64,000 nt of DNA from an uncultured virus (IMG/VR IMGVR_UViG_3300023239_000006) (Duplodnaviria; Heunggongvirae; Uroviricota; Caudoviricetes). Each line of letters opens with the position of its first letter. Positions within the stretch are counted from its first letter, which is position 1. Below the pieces are notes generated by a model. The model had not been told where the DNA came from. It ran no database searches and worked only from the letters and a program-made list of their open reading frames with translations. Below are positions 8,191 to 19,000 of this stretch, one piece after another. The stretch spans positions 62,001-126,000 of the IMG/VR virus record IMGVR_UViG_3300023239_000006. One strand, 5' to 3'. The position numbers and the translations under genes are program-made.

Positions 8191-10527
8191 TTGGCATTAT
8201 TTAGAGATCTTGGTACAGCAGCATTAAACATTGTTAAACCGGACGGAACAAATATTATTAGTTCCGGACTGTCTTCTCTGGTAAGTATCGGGTCGGCAGT
8301 ACGTACAACCTTAGAGAATCCAGCAAGAGCTACTGACAAACTAGTTGATGGCGTTAGTAAGGTAGCTACTGATCCTAACAAGCCGTTATCTGTAGTGACT
8401 AGAAATCTTCCAAGCGTGATTAAGAATCCCTTAGAAAAATTCGCATCAGTTAATTACATGTGGACATTAGCATGTCTAACTCCTAAACAATTTAATAATC
8501 CGTCCTTGTATAGAAACAATGATCAAGTGTGGACAAATGACAGTTATATAGATGATAAAACTGGTAACACATTCAGTTCAACTGTGATATTTTCTTCCGG
8601 CGGTCGATTTGATAGTCAGCGAACTAAAACAGCTAGTGGATCTCCTGAATACTATATTCAGAATTTTGTTATGAAAACTACTGTTGGTGCAAACAGTAAA
8701 ACTGGTAATAGTAACGCATTTAAATTTGAATTTGATATATATGAACCACACAGCATGGGACTGTTGTTACAGAGTCTTCAAGTAGCTGCAAACACTGCTG
8801 GATATATCAACTATCTTAGTAATGCTCCTTATGTTTTAAAATTAGACTTTATGGGATGGGACGATCTAGGTCTTGGTTACAAAGCAGTAAAATCAAAATA
8901 CTTTGTTCTTAGACTAACCTCGTGTAAGTTTAGCGTTAACGAAGGCGGCAGTACTTATAAAGTAGAAGCTGTTCCGTATAATCATCAAGGGTTTAGTGAT
9001 GATATCAATACTGCCTACACTGACTTAAAATTAGTAGCGTCTACTCAAGGAACTGTTGAAGAAATACTATCTACTGGACCAGAAAGTTTGCAAGCAGTTC
9101 TTAACAAAATTGAACAGAAGTTAGTTGCTGATAAACAAGTTGGAGTGGCTGATCAATATGAAATTCAGTTTCCAAAAGACTCTTCTTCCTTTCAGCGAGC
9201 TAATGCTCCAGTAGGAACACAAAAAGCAACATCAAGTCCCGGCCAGCTAGCAAAAATAGTAATAGCTGGAAGTAATACTGAAGTAGTAGCTGCTTTTGAT
9301 AAAAACGAAATTGGCGGTTCAAGTTTAGGATTTAGTCAAAGTAGTGGCGGCAACATGACCTTTAAGAAAGCCGGCGATCAGTATGACGCTAAGACCGGAG
9401 TTGTTAAACGAGACAACATGACTATTGATCCTAAAAACAGATCATTTCAATTTAGCCAAGGACAAACACTTACCGCAATTATTAATCAGGTAGTAGTCAG
9501 TTCTAAGTATGCACAAGATGCAGTTACCAGTGTGAAAAATCTTAAGGATGGGTTTATTAAGTGGTTCCGTCTTGATGTACAAATTGAACTACTAGACTTT
9601 GATGTACTAACTAGCGACTTTGCTAAGAAAATTACATATCGAGTAGTTCCGTATTTCGTACATCATTCTATATTTTCTAATCCTAATTCAGTACCCATTG
9701 GATATCCAAAGTTGCTAGGTAGAATTTGTAAAGGATACGAATACATATACAGCGGTCAAAACGTAGATGTCCTTAAGTTTGACATAAAAATTAATAATAT
9801 GTTCTATACTGGTATTCAACCAGGTAACCCTGCAGATGCTTCTACGGCTAGTAACCAAGATCAAAAGGGTGTAGCAGCAGAACAGCCTAAAGAGTCAAGA
9901 GTTGCCGACGGCGGATCAAGAGCTGCACAAACAGCTAACCTAGGAAGATCTAGACCTAAAAAGACTCCAGAACAGATAGTAGCAATGAAAGGCGGCACTG
10001 GCGATTCTAACACTGAGCGACAGGTAGCGGAACAGTTTCATAGAGCATTTACACAGAGCCAAGCAGAGATGGTAACTGTTAATTTGGAAATTTTAGGGGA
10101 TACCTATTGGGTAGTAGATAGCGGACAGGGAAACTATTTTGCCGCTACTGTAGAACCGCAAGCACAAATTACAGAAGACGGTACAATGAATTACGAAAGC
10201 GGCGATGTTTTCATTTATTTGACCTTTAGAACTCCAATTGATATTAATCAAGAAACAGGATTATATAATTTTCCTAAAGCTGAAAGTCCATTCACTGGGA
10301 TCTACAGGGTAACTATGTGCGAAAATATATTCAGCGACGGTATTTTTAAACAAAAACTAACTTGTATTAGAATGCCAGGACAGCCAGCTGACTATGCAGA
10401 CAGCCCAGCAGAGATTAAATCAGATCTCAGAACAGATCCAGCCAATGCATTATCTATTAAACTTGGCCCAGAAGAAAAACCTAAAACATCCGTAATAGAT
10501 AATACGCCACCAGTGGATTACACATAA
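8191..10527 (+). CDS. baseplate hub-like tail protein (gp27-like position)
   Basis: Lies between gp53 and the spike gene. C-terminal 'LEILGD...FTGIYRVTMCENIFSDGIFKQKLTCIR' resembles hub proteins. Confidence 0.55.
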   Translation: MALFRDLGTAALNIVKPDGTNIISSGLSSLVSIGSAVRTTLENPARATDKLVDGVSKVATDPNKPLSVVTRNLPSVIKNPLEKFASVNYMWTLACLTPKQFNNPSLYRNNDQVWTNDSYIDDKTGNTFSSTVIFSSGGRFDSQRTKTASGSPEYYIQNFVMKTTVGANSKTGNSNAFKFEFDIYEPHSMGLLLQSLQVAANTAGYINYLSNAPYVLKLDFMGWDDLGLGYKAVKSKYFVLRLTSCKFSVNEGGSTYKVEAVPYNHQGFSDDINTAYTDLKLVASTQGTVEEILSTGPESLQAVLNKIEQKLVADKQVGVADQYEIQFPKDSSSFQRANAPVGTQKATSSPGQLAKIVIAGSNTEVVAAFDKNEIGGSSLGFSQSSGGNMTFKKAGDQYDAKTGVVKRDNMTIDPKNRSFQFSQGQTLTAIINQVVVSSKYAQDAVTSVKNLKDGFIKWFRLDVQIELLDFDVLTSDFAKKITYRVVPYFVHHSIFSNPNSVPIGYPKLLGRICKGYEYIYSGQNVDVLKFDIKINNMFYTGIQPGNPADASTASNQDQKGVAAEQPKESRVADGGSRAAQTANLGRSRPKKTPEQIVAMKGGTGDSNTERQVAEQFHRAFTQSQAEMVTVNLEILGDTYWVVDSGQGNYFAATVEPQAQITEDGTMNYESGDVFIYLTFRTPIDINQETGLYNFPKAESPFTGIYRVTMCENIFSDGIFKQKLTCIRMPGQPADYADSPAEIKSDLRTDPANALSIKLGPEEKPKTSVIDNTPPVDYT

Positions 10528-10528
10528 T

Positions 10529-12127
10529 ATGTCACAACAAAAACGTAGCTCAGTAGCAGTAACAGACAAAAAAGATATCGGCGCAGGGCCCTACTTGGCT
10601 AAAATTATTAGTCACTTAGATCCAAGTTTTATGGGAAGTTTAGAAGTTACTTTACTTAGAAATCAAGGAAACACTATTGGCGAGGATACACAAACATACA
10701 TTGTAAAATGTGCCCAGCCATTTTATGGGTACACTGCCTATGAGAACATGGGACAAAATACTGCTACTGACGGAAAAGTTCCAACAATTGAAGCGTTTAA
10801 CGATACTCAAAAAAGCTATGGTATGTGGTTCGTACCACCAGATCCGGGAGTAACAGTATTAGTAGTATTTGTTGATGGAGATCCTAGTCAAGGATATTGG
10901 ATTGGATGTATACCTAGTAGATTTGCTAATAATATGGTTCCTGCAATCGCAGGGTCAACACAAGTCGATATGGACAAGGCGGACAAAGACAAATATAATA
11001 CTAAACAGCCATTGCCAATTGCAGAACTAAATCGTAGATTGAATGCAAAAGACCAGTCAGTTGACATTGATAATAAAAAGAGGCCATTACACCCTATTGC
11101 TGAAAGATTCTTAGAACAAGGACTAGTAGAAGATGATGTCCGGGGAGTTACTACTTCAAGTGCTAGACGTAATACTCCTAGCATGGTATTCGGAATATCT
11201 ACTCCAGGACCACTAGACAAACGTAGCCAAGCAAAGAAAGCAAGATTAGGAACATTGTCAAGCCAAACAACTGCAACAGTTCCAGTCAGCAGACTAGGCG
11301 GAACACAGTTTGTCATGGACGACGGCGACGATCGTTATCAACGTGCAACGCCAGCAGGAGGTCCAACAGCCGGCCCTGTAAAGTATGCAGATGTACTTGC
11401 CGGCGAAAAGGGCGACCCTACTATTCCGTACAGCGAATACTTCCGTATCCGTACAAGAACCGGCCACCAACTGCTAATGCATAACAGCGAAGATTTAATC
11501 TACATTGGAAATGCTAGAGGTACATCATGGGTAGAACTGACTAGCAATGGTAAAATAGATATCTATGCTGCCGATAGTATCAGTATCCATACTGAAAATG
11601 ATTTAAACATTAAAGCAGCCCGTGATATTAACATGGAAGCTGGCCGCAACATTAATATCAAAACGTTGTCTGGGCAAATGCATGTTGAAACTGCAACAAA
11701 TTTTGAAGTATTTGCCAATGCTGATGGCAAAATTACTATAGGTAAGAATCTTGATATACTTGTAGGTGCAAATACAAAAGTATCTCAAGTAGGAACATTT
11801 GATCTTAATTCAGGCGGTGATAACAAATTTAGTACTTCTGGAAACACTAGTATAGGTAGTGCAGGGGATCATAAAGAAACTGCGGCAACTATTAACATGA
11901 ACAGTGATCTTGCTGCTGATCCAGCAGTAAATGCCGACTTCGTTAGGCCGTTACCGTTACATGCTAATCCAGTAACGAGTGGTGATAGGAATTGGGCATC
12001 AACAAAATATCAGTCAGGTACCACAAACAGTATTATGAAACGCATACCTATGCACGAGCCTTGGCCGCTGCATGAGAATCAAGCACCTAACTTATTAACT
12101 CCGGATAACACGGATAGGGACGTATAA
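10529..12127 (+). CDS. gp5/VgrG-like central baseplate spike (no lysozyme domain)
   Basis: N-terminal OB-fold 'SYGMWFVPPDPGVTVLVVF..GDPSQGYWIGC', then 'RTGHQLLMH' and beta-helix-type repeats. Confidence 0.8.
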   Translation: MSQQKRSSVAVTDKKDIGAGPYLAKIISHLDPSFMGSLEVTLLRNQGNTIGEDTQTYIVKCAQPFYGYTAYENMGQNTATDGKVPTIEAFNDTQKSYGMWFVPPDPGVTVLVVFVDGDPSQGYWIGCIPSRFANNMVPAIAGSTQVDMDKADKDKYNTKQPLPIAELNRRLNAKDQSVDIDNKKRPLHPIAERFLEQGLVEDDVRGVTTSSARRNTPSMVFGISTPGPLDKRSQAKKARLGTLSSQTTATVPVSRLGGTQFVMDDGDDRYQRATPAGGPTAGPVKYADVLAGEKGDPTIPYSEYFRIRTRTGHQLLMHNSEDLIYIGNARGTSWVELTSNGKIDIYAADSISIHTENDLNIKAARDINMEAGRNINIKTLSGQMHVETATNFEVFANADGKITIGKNLDILVGANTKVSQVGTFDLNSGGDNKFSTSGNTSIGSAGDHKETAATINMNSDLAADPAVNADFVRPLPLHANPVTSGDRNWASTKYQSGTTNSIMKRIPMHEPWPLHENQAPNLLTPDNTDRDV

Positions 12128-12128
12128 C

Positions 12129-12566
12129 ATGGCCAATAAATTATATAATCAAAAAACTGTTGCAGTTAATAAAGCATCGGTCGGCGATGCAGGAGGCAGC
12201 TTTGCCTACAAAGGATTTAGTTCAAGCGAAACTAAAAAGAACTTTAAGCTCTATGATATAGACTTAGTCAAACAGGATTTACTCAATCATTTTTATATCC
12301 GTAAGGGTGAAAAATTAGAAAATCCAGAGTTTGGTACAATTATCTGGGACATGCTGTTCGAACAATTTACTGAAGATGTAAAAAATATGATTGCCAAAGA
12401 TGTTGAGGACATTATCAATTATGATCCTCGTATTGCGGTAAATCAAGTACAAATAGATAGTACTGACCAGGGTATTAGAATACAAGCAGATATTACATAT
12501 ATACCCTTTAACATTAACGAGCGCATGAGTTTTAATTTCGACAAGGACAATTCCGTCATTAACTGA
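12129..12566 (+). CDS. gp25: gp25-like baseplate wedge / sheath initiator
   Basis: 'DLLNHFYIRKGEKLENPEFGTIIWDMLFE...DPRI' motif. Confidence 0.9.
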   Translation: MANKLYNQKTVAVNKASVGDAGGSFAYKGFSSSETKKNFKLYDIDLVKQDLLNHFYIRKGEKLENPEFGTIIWDMLFEQFTEDVKNMIAKDVEDIINYDPRIAVNQVQIDSTDQGIRIQADITYIPFNINERMSFNFDKDNSVIN

Positions 12567-12608
12567 GCACATTATTTTGTTTGGTAAATATGATTATAGG
12601 ACTGAAAG

Positions 12609-15600
12609 ATGACAACGACAACAAGACAAAATAACTTAATTTTAAACCAAGATTGGACTAGAATCTATCAGACGTTTAGTAATGCTGACTTTAAAAGTTA
12701 CGACTTTGAAAATTTACGTCGTGTCATTATTACCTATCTCCGTGAAAACTATCCGGAAGATTTTAACGATTATATTGAGTCATCTGAGTACATGGCTCTT
12801 ATTGATGCTGTTGCATTTTTAGGTCAAAGTCTTGCTTTCCGTATTGATCTAGCATCAAGAGAAAACTTTATTGAGCTTGCAGAGCGTAAGGAAAGTGTCC
12901 TACGTCTTGCTCGTATGTTAAGCTACAACGCCAAAAGAAACATCTCTTCTAGCGGTCTTTTAAAATTCTCTACAGTTACAACTACCGAAGACATTCTTGA
13001 TAGTAACGGTAAAAACTTAGCACAGCAAATTATCTCTTGGAACGACCCAACTAACACTAACTGGTTAGAACAATTCATAACTGTGTTAAACTCTGCAATG
13101 GCAGATAATACAGAGTTTGGTCGTAGTCAAGGTAGTGCAACTATACAAGGCATTCCTACAGAACAATATAGATTGCGTAGCACCAGCACAGATGTTGCAG
13201 TTTACACATTTAACAAAACTGTAGCCGGCCGCGGCATGGCTTTTGAAATTGTAAGCACGTCATTTAATGGTAGCACCAGCATATACGAAGAACCGCCGGT
13301 TCCTGGTAATCAAGTAGGATTTGTCTACCGTAATGACGGCAAAGGGCCTGGTAGTTCTAACACTGGTTTTTACTTGATGTTTAAACAGGGCAGTTTAGAG
13401 CTTGCAGACTTTAATATTGAAGTTCCTACAACTAATGAAACAGTCTCAGTTGACAGTGTTAACATTAATAACAATGATGTATGGTTATACAGCCTAAGCT
13501 CAACAGGCACACAACTAAATGAATGGACTCCGGTATCTACGTTACTAGGTAACAATATTGCCTACAATAGTCTAAGTCAAGATATTAGAAATATCTACTC
13601 AGTTGTTACTAAAGAAAACGACCGTATTGATTTAAAATTTGCTGATGGAGTATACGGTAATATTCCACAAGGTGCATTTAGAGTTTACTATAGAGTTAGT
13701 AACGGATTATCATATACTATTGCACCGGCAGAAATGCGCGGTATTAACATTGCAGTTCCTTATACTAACAAACAAGGAGTACAGCATACATTAACTATTG
13801 GGCTAGCATTGCAGTCAAGTGTATCTTCAAGTGCAGCTTCTGAAGATATTGACACTATTAGAACAAATGCACCTGCGGTATATTATACACAAAATAGAAT
13901 GATTACTGGTGAAGATTACAATCTTGCACCGTTATCAAGTAGCCAAGATATTTTAAAAATTAAAGCAGTTAATAGAACAAGTAGCGGAATTTCTCGCAAC
14001 TTTGAAATTATTGATGCCAGCGGAAAATACAGTTCAGTTAATGTATTTGCAAATGACGGATTCTTATATAAAGAAGAAATTGAAAGAGCATTGACTTTTA
14101 ACTGGTCAAACCGAATAGATATTATTAATTTTATTAAGCGTAGTGTTGAGCCTGTATTTACAGACACCGATGTTTATAACTTCTACATAACTAATTTTGA
14201 TAAAATAACATTCACTGAAACTAACACTGTATGGGAACAAACAACAACTCAAGTAAATCTTACTACCGGGTATTTTAAAAACTCAGTAGACCAATCGTTA
14301 TTCCAAGTTGGCACTTATTCTACTAATAATTTAAAATATGTTAAATTTGGTGCGTTGGTTAAATTTGTTCCTCCTACAGGTAAAGCATTTAAGAATGGAC
14401 AAATTGTAGACATTAACCTTGCAGATTCGTTGCAAACTGATCGACTGTGGACCAAAGTAATTAAAGTTGTCGGCGACGGTACAAATTCTGGCAGAGGTAT
14501 ATTAACATCGGGACTAGGTCCTGTGTCGTTTAGTGATACTATTCCGTCTGGAGCAATAGCTCAGCGTATTATTCCAAAATTTGTAAATGATCTGCCTGCT
14601 GCATTAGAATCGGAAATTGTTAATCAAGTATCTCAAAATTTAAATTTTGGACTGCGATTTGAAGTTGAAGCATCAACATGGAATATTATCACTTCATCTA
14701 ACCTAGATTCAGTTAGTGACTTTAGTTTAGGACGTTCAGGTGACACTACTAGCAACAATTTAGATGCATCATGGATAATTGCATTTATTAGAGAAGCAGA
14801 TCAATATAGAGTACGGATACGAGGCCTAGACTATATTGCTGGTAGTGTTGAACAAAATAGATTTTACTATGATGTTAACCAAAAACAATACAATAATCAA
14901 GTTGGCGCAGTTGTAAAAGATACTGTAACAATTTTAGGAATCAACACAGTTAGCGATGGATCAGGTAGTGCTATCAAGCAGGATTTCGCATTTGAAGTTA
15001 CCGATACTATTAAATTTGACGATGGATATGAAAGTGCAAAAGAAATCAAAGTTGCATTTTCAGATATTGACAGCGACGGCGTTATTGATAATCCTGAGCA
15101 ATTTGAACAGATTATAGGTGAAGATGCAGATTTAAATTATCTATTCTTCCAAGAAGTAACAGATTCTGCAGGAAACACAACATACGAATTGGTTGATAAT
15201 TCTTCTAATAATATCACAGTGGTACAGAAAGAATCACTAGTTAACGTTAATGATTATGCCAACGGCAATTTAATTTATTTTTATGACTTTGCAGAAAATC
15301 GTGTTAAGCGAGTAAACAAAGTTACTAACACATTGATATTAGAAAGCTCCTACAAAGGAGTAGTTGGTAGAGATAAATTAAAATTCCAATACGTGCATAA
15401 CGCTAGTGTTGATCGCCGAATTGATCCTAGCGTAAGTAATATTATTGATGTATTTTTAATGACTAGAAGTTATGATACTGCTTATAGGATTTATCTAGCA
15501 GGCGGAAGTACAGAACCAGAAGCACCTAGCAGCGATAGTTTGCAAATAACGTTTGGTACAAATCTAAATGCGATTAAATCGATCAGCGATGAGATTATAT

Positions 15601-15989
15601 ATCATCCGGTAACCTACAAAGTATTATTTGGCAGCACTGCGGCAGCGAATCTACAAGCACAATTTAAAGTAGTTAAGAATCCTAATAAAGCAATCAACGA
15701 CAACGACCTCAAAGTAAGAATTATCACAGCTATTAATGAGTTCTTTGATATAAACAATTGGGACTTCGGAGATAGATTTTACTTAAGTGAAATGAACACA
15801 TATATACTAAACCAAACAGCACCAGACATTAGCAATTTAACAATAACACCAAGACAGGCTAGTTTAGCATTTGGTAGTTTATTTGAAATTCAAAGCGGGC
15901 CTGACGAAATTTTAATCAGCGGCGCAACAGTAGATGATGTAGAAATAGTGTCAGCAATAACAACCGCCGAAGTCGGTTCTAGCGTTTAA
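12609..15989 (+). CDS. gp6: gp6-like baseplate wedge protein
   Basis: 'DFENLR...FNDYIESSE...A..RESVLRLARMLSY', 'FADGVYGNIP' and 'QNRMITGEDY' motifs. Confidence 0.85.
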   Translation: MTTTTRQNNLILNQDWTRIYQTFSNADFKSYDFENLRRVIITYLRENYPEDFNDYIESSEYMALIDAVAFLGQSLAFRIDLASRENFIELAERKESVLRLARMLSYNAKRNISSSGLLKFSTVTTTEDILDSNGKNLAQQIISWNDPTNTNWLEQFITVLNSAMADNTEFGRSQGSATIQGIPTEQYRLRSTSTDVAVYTFNKTVAGRGMAFEIVSTSFNGSTSIYEEPPVPGNQVGFVYRNDGKGPGSSNTGFYLMFKQGSLELADFNIEVPTTNETVSVDSVNINNNDVWLYSLSSTGTQLNEWTPVSTLLGNNIAYNSLSQDIRNIYSVVTKENDRIDLKFADGVYGNIPQGAFRVYYRVSNGLSYTIAPAEMRGINIAVPYTNKQGVQHTLTIGLALQSSVSSSAASEDIDTIRTNAPAVYYTQNRMITGEDYNLAPLSSSQDILKIKAVNRTSSGISRNFEIIDASGKYSSVNVFANDGFLYKEEIERALTFNWSNRIDIINFIKRSVEPVFTDTDVYNFYITNFDKITFTETNTVWEQTTTQVNLTTGYFKNSVDQSLFQVGTYSTNNLKYVKFGALVKFVPPTGKAFKNGQIVDINLADSLQTDRLWTKVIKVVGDGTNSGRGILTSGLGPVSFSDTIPSGAIAQRIIPKFVNDLPAALESEIVNQVSQNLNFGLRFEVEASTWNIITSSNLDSVSDFSLGRSGDTTSNNLDASWIIAFIREADQYRVRIRGLDYIAGSVEQNRFYYDVNQKQYNNQVGAVVKDTVTILGINTVSDGSGSAIKQDFAFEVTDTIKFDDGYESAKEIKVAFSDIDSDGVIDNPEQFEQIIGEDADLNYLFFQEVTDSAGNTTYELVDNSSNNITVVQKESLVNVNDYANGNLIYFYDFAENRVKRVNKVTNTLILESSYKGVVGRDKLKFQYVHNASVDRRIDPSVSNIIDVFLMTRSYDTAYRIYLAGGSTEPEAPSSDSLQITFGTNLNAIKSISDEIIYHPVTYKVLFGSTAAANLQAQFKVVKNPNKAINDNDLKVRIITAINEFFDINNWDFGDRFYLSEMNTYILNQTAPDISNLTITPRQASLAFGSLFEIQSGPDEILISGATVDDVEIVSAITTAEVGSSV

Positions 15990-16011
15990 CAGAGTATTAA
16001 GAAGATAAAAT

Positions 16012-19000
16012 ATGGCAGATAAAAAATTCCCTCAAAGCGGTTTACCAATCAGAAAAACTGTTGAATTGTTACCAACAGTTTTTAGATCAGACGCGAATGA
16101 CAAATTCATGTCGGCAGTGGTTGATCCGTTAGTTCAACCAGGCACCTTACAAAAGTTAGTAGGATATGTTGGAAGACGCTATGGAAATACATACAACGGA
16201 TCTGATATCTATATTGATACTGATAATACACTACGTAGCAGATATCAGTTAGAACCTGGAGTAGTTTCTAGAACCAATAACACTGTAGACAGTTTCTACG
16301 ATTATCTCGATTTTAAAAATCAATTACAGTTCTTTGGAAATACAGAGGAACGTGACGACTTAATCACAGGCCAAGAACACTACAGTTGGAATCCTCCTAT
16401 TGACTGGGACAAGTTTATTAACTATCGCGAATACTACTGGGAACCTAGTGGACCACCAGCGATACCAGTATTCGGTCAATCAGCAAAAATTATTAGCACA
16501 TACAAAGTTGCTCTCGGATTAAACTCTTTTATCTTTACTCCTGATTCATTTACTAATAATCCAACAATTACACTATACCGTGGCCAATCATATAAATTTC
16601 AAATTAAAGCACCTAAAGAAGGGTTTGCAATTAGAACAAACTATGACACTGGCTCATTAATATTCAATCCAGCCCGCCCATATTCTGCAAACGAACAAGC
16701 GGTATATGATGGCAAACTATGGAAAGCTAAAGTAGCAATTGCGTCTGGAGCCAGCAGTAGTATTACGCTTGGAAGTCAGGATTGGGAATTTATAGCACTT
16801 GTAGCGTCAGGCACTGCCCTTGACTATAGCATTGGTGTTACTAATAATGGAATTGAAAACGGAACCTTAACTTTTAAAGTACCGTACGACGCACCTGATG
16901 TATTATTCTATCAAAGTTTAATTGATCCTAACAAGTTTGGTAGGTTTCTAATTACTGATATTGAGGCAAACACAAAGATAAACATTGATAAAGACATCAT
17001 TGGCAAAATAACCTACACTAGCAGCAACGGAATAACATTCTCAAACGGCATGGTTTTAGAATTTAGAGGACAAGTTACTCCTTTAAAATATAGTCTAGAC
17101 AGTTGGCTAGTAGAAGGAGTAGGCACAGCAATTACATTAACACGGTTTGCAGATCTTATTGTTCCTGTGTTGACAACAGATACTCCGGAAGTTGTATTTG
17201 ATAATGAAGGATTTGATACTCAGCCGTTTGACGATGCAACAACATATCCTGCACAGAAAGATTATATCACTATCAAACGTGATAGCAAAGATACTAATCC
17301 TTGGAGTCGTTATAACCGTTGGTTCCACCGAAATGTATTAGAATATTCTTACACTTTACGAGGCGAAGATTTTTCAGCAACTGAATCTCAAAGAGCAAAA
17401 CGTCCTATCATTGAGTTTAAGTCAAACATTCAATTGTTTAATCATGGTAGTATTTCTAAAGAAGTTGTAGACTATATTGATGATTATACAACAGATGTAT
17501 TTTCTAAAATAGAAGGTAGTGTTGGCTACAACATTGATGGAGAAAATTTATTTGAAGGCGCTCGAATTTTAGTAACTGCTGATACTGATATTCTTGCAAA
17601 CAATAAAATTTACGAAGTTAACTTTATTACACATAATAACAAAAAACGAATACATTTAGCAGAAACTACAGATTCTGATTCTGTAGCAGGCGCCGGAGTA
17701 TTAGTACGTCGAGGTAAGAATAACGGCGGATTGATGTATTATTTCAATGGATCAAGTTGGTTAGCTAGCCAAGCAAAAACAGCAGTCAACCAGCCTCCGC
17801 TATTTGATGTGTTTGACAGTAATGGAATAAGTTTTTCCAATACTGATACGTACCCTATAAATTCTTTTAACGGAAACAAACTATTTGCATACAAGATTGG
17901 AAACAGTATTGCGGACAAAGAATTAGGATTTAGTCTAAGTTACTTGAATATTGACAATGTGGGCGACATCCAGTTTGACTGGAATTGGGAAATTGATAAT
18001 TTCACATACACTCTTGATCAATTAGAGTTGACTAAAAATATATCTAGCGGATATTTCAAAATTAATCCAGACGATGTTTATTTAAACGGATGGACTAAAA
18101 CTGATAATACATATATCCAGCCTATCATTGATAGTCAGGTCATTACCGAAGTAACTAACACTATAAAGTTAACAACTATTAACTGGGATAATGTTACTGA
18201 TAATACTAATTTAATAATTAATTTCTATGTTAACCAACAGCAAAAACAAGTAACGCCTATTACTAGAGAGCGCGGAGTATTCACTTTTGCAAATAATTTT
18301 GCAGTTGACGACGTTGTATATGTTAAAATAATTACAGATTTGTCTCCAGATACCGGGTATTATGAAATGCCGGTTAGTCTTGAAAAGAATCCGTTAAATC
18401 AAGCATTAACAACTTTTACATTAGGCCAGGCAATTGATCACGTAGCTGGATCAGTTGAGTTTGATACTAGATATTCTGGAAATATTCCAGGCATTTCTAA
18501 TATTCGAGATCTAGATGACTACCAACCGTTTGCAAAAAGATTTTTAAAGCATTCTGGAATTGCACCGTTAGCAGTTAGTTTATTATGTGATAAAACTTCT
18601 AACATAATTAAATCAATTCAACATGCTAGAAAATCTTATACAGATTTTAAAAATAATTTTATTGCTAGGTCTACTACTATAGATTATAACGATAACTTAA
18701 TTAATTTTGTTGATGATATCATTACCGACTTAACCAAGACAAAAAATGCAGATAGTGCATTTTCAAATTCTGACATGATTGGCAGCGGCGCATTTATTGC
18801 TATCAACTATACAGTAGAAGATACTGGAATTACAACATTTGCATTATCAGAGAAATTTACACTAACTGAACTAAGCAACAGAGCAGTTTATGTTTACATA
18901 AACAATCAACAGTTATTGAACGCTACAGAATATGAATTTAATGCTACTTTTGGTTTTATAACTATTTTAGCTGACTTGGCAGAAAACGACGAAGTTGAAA

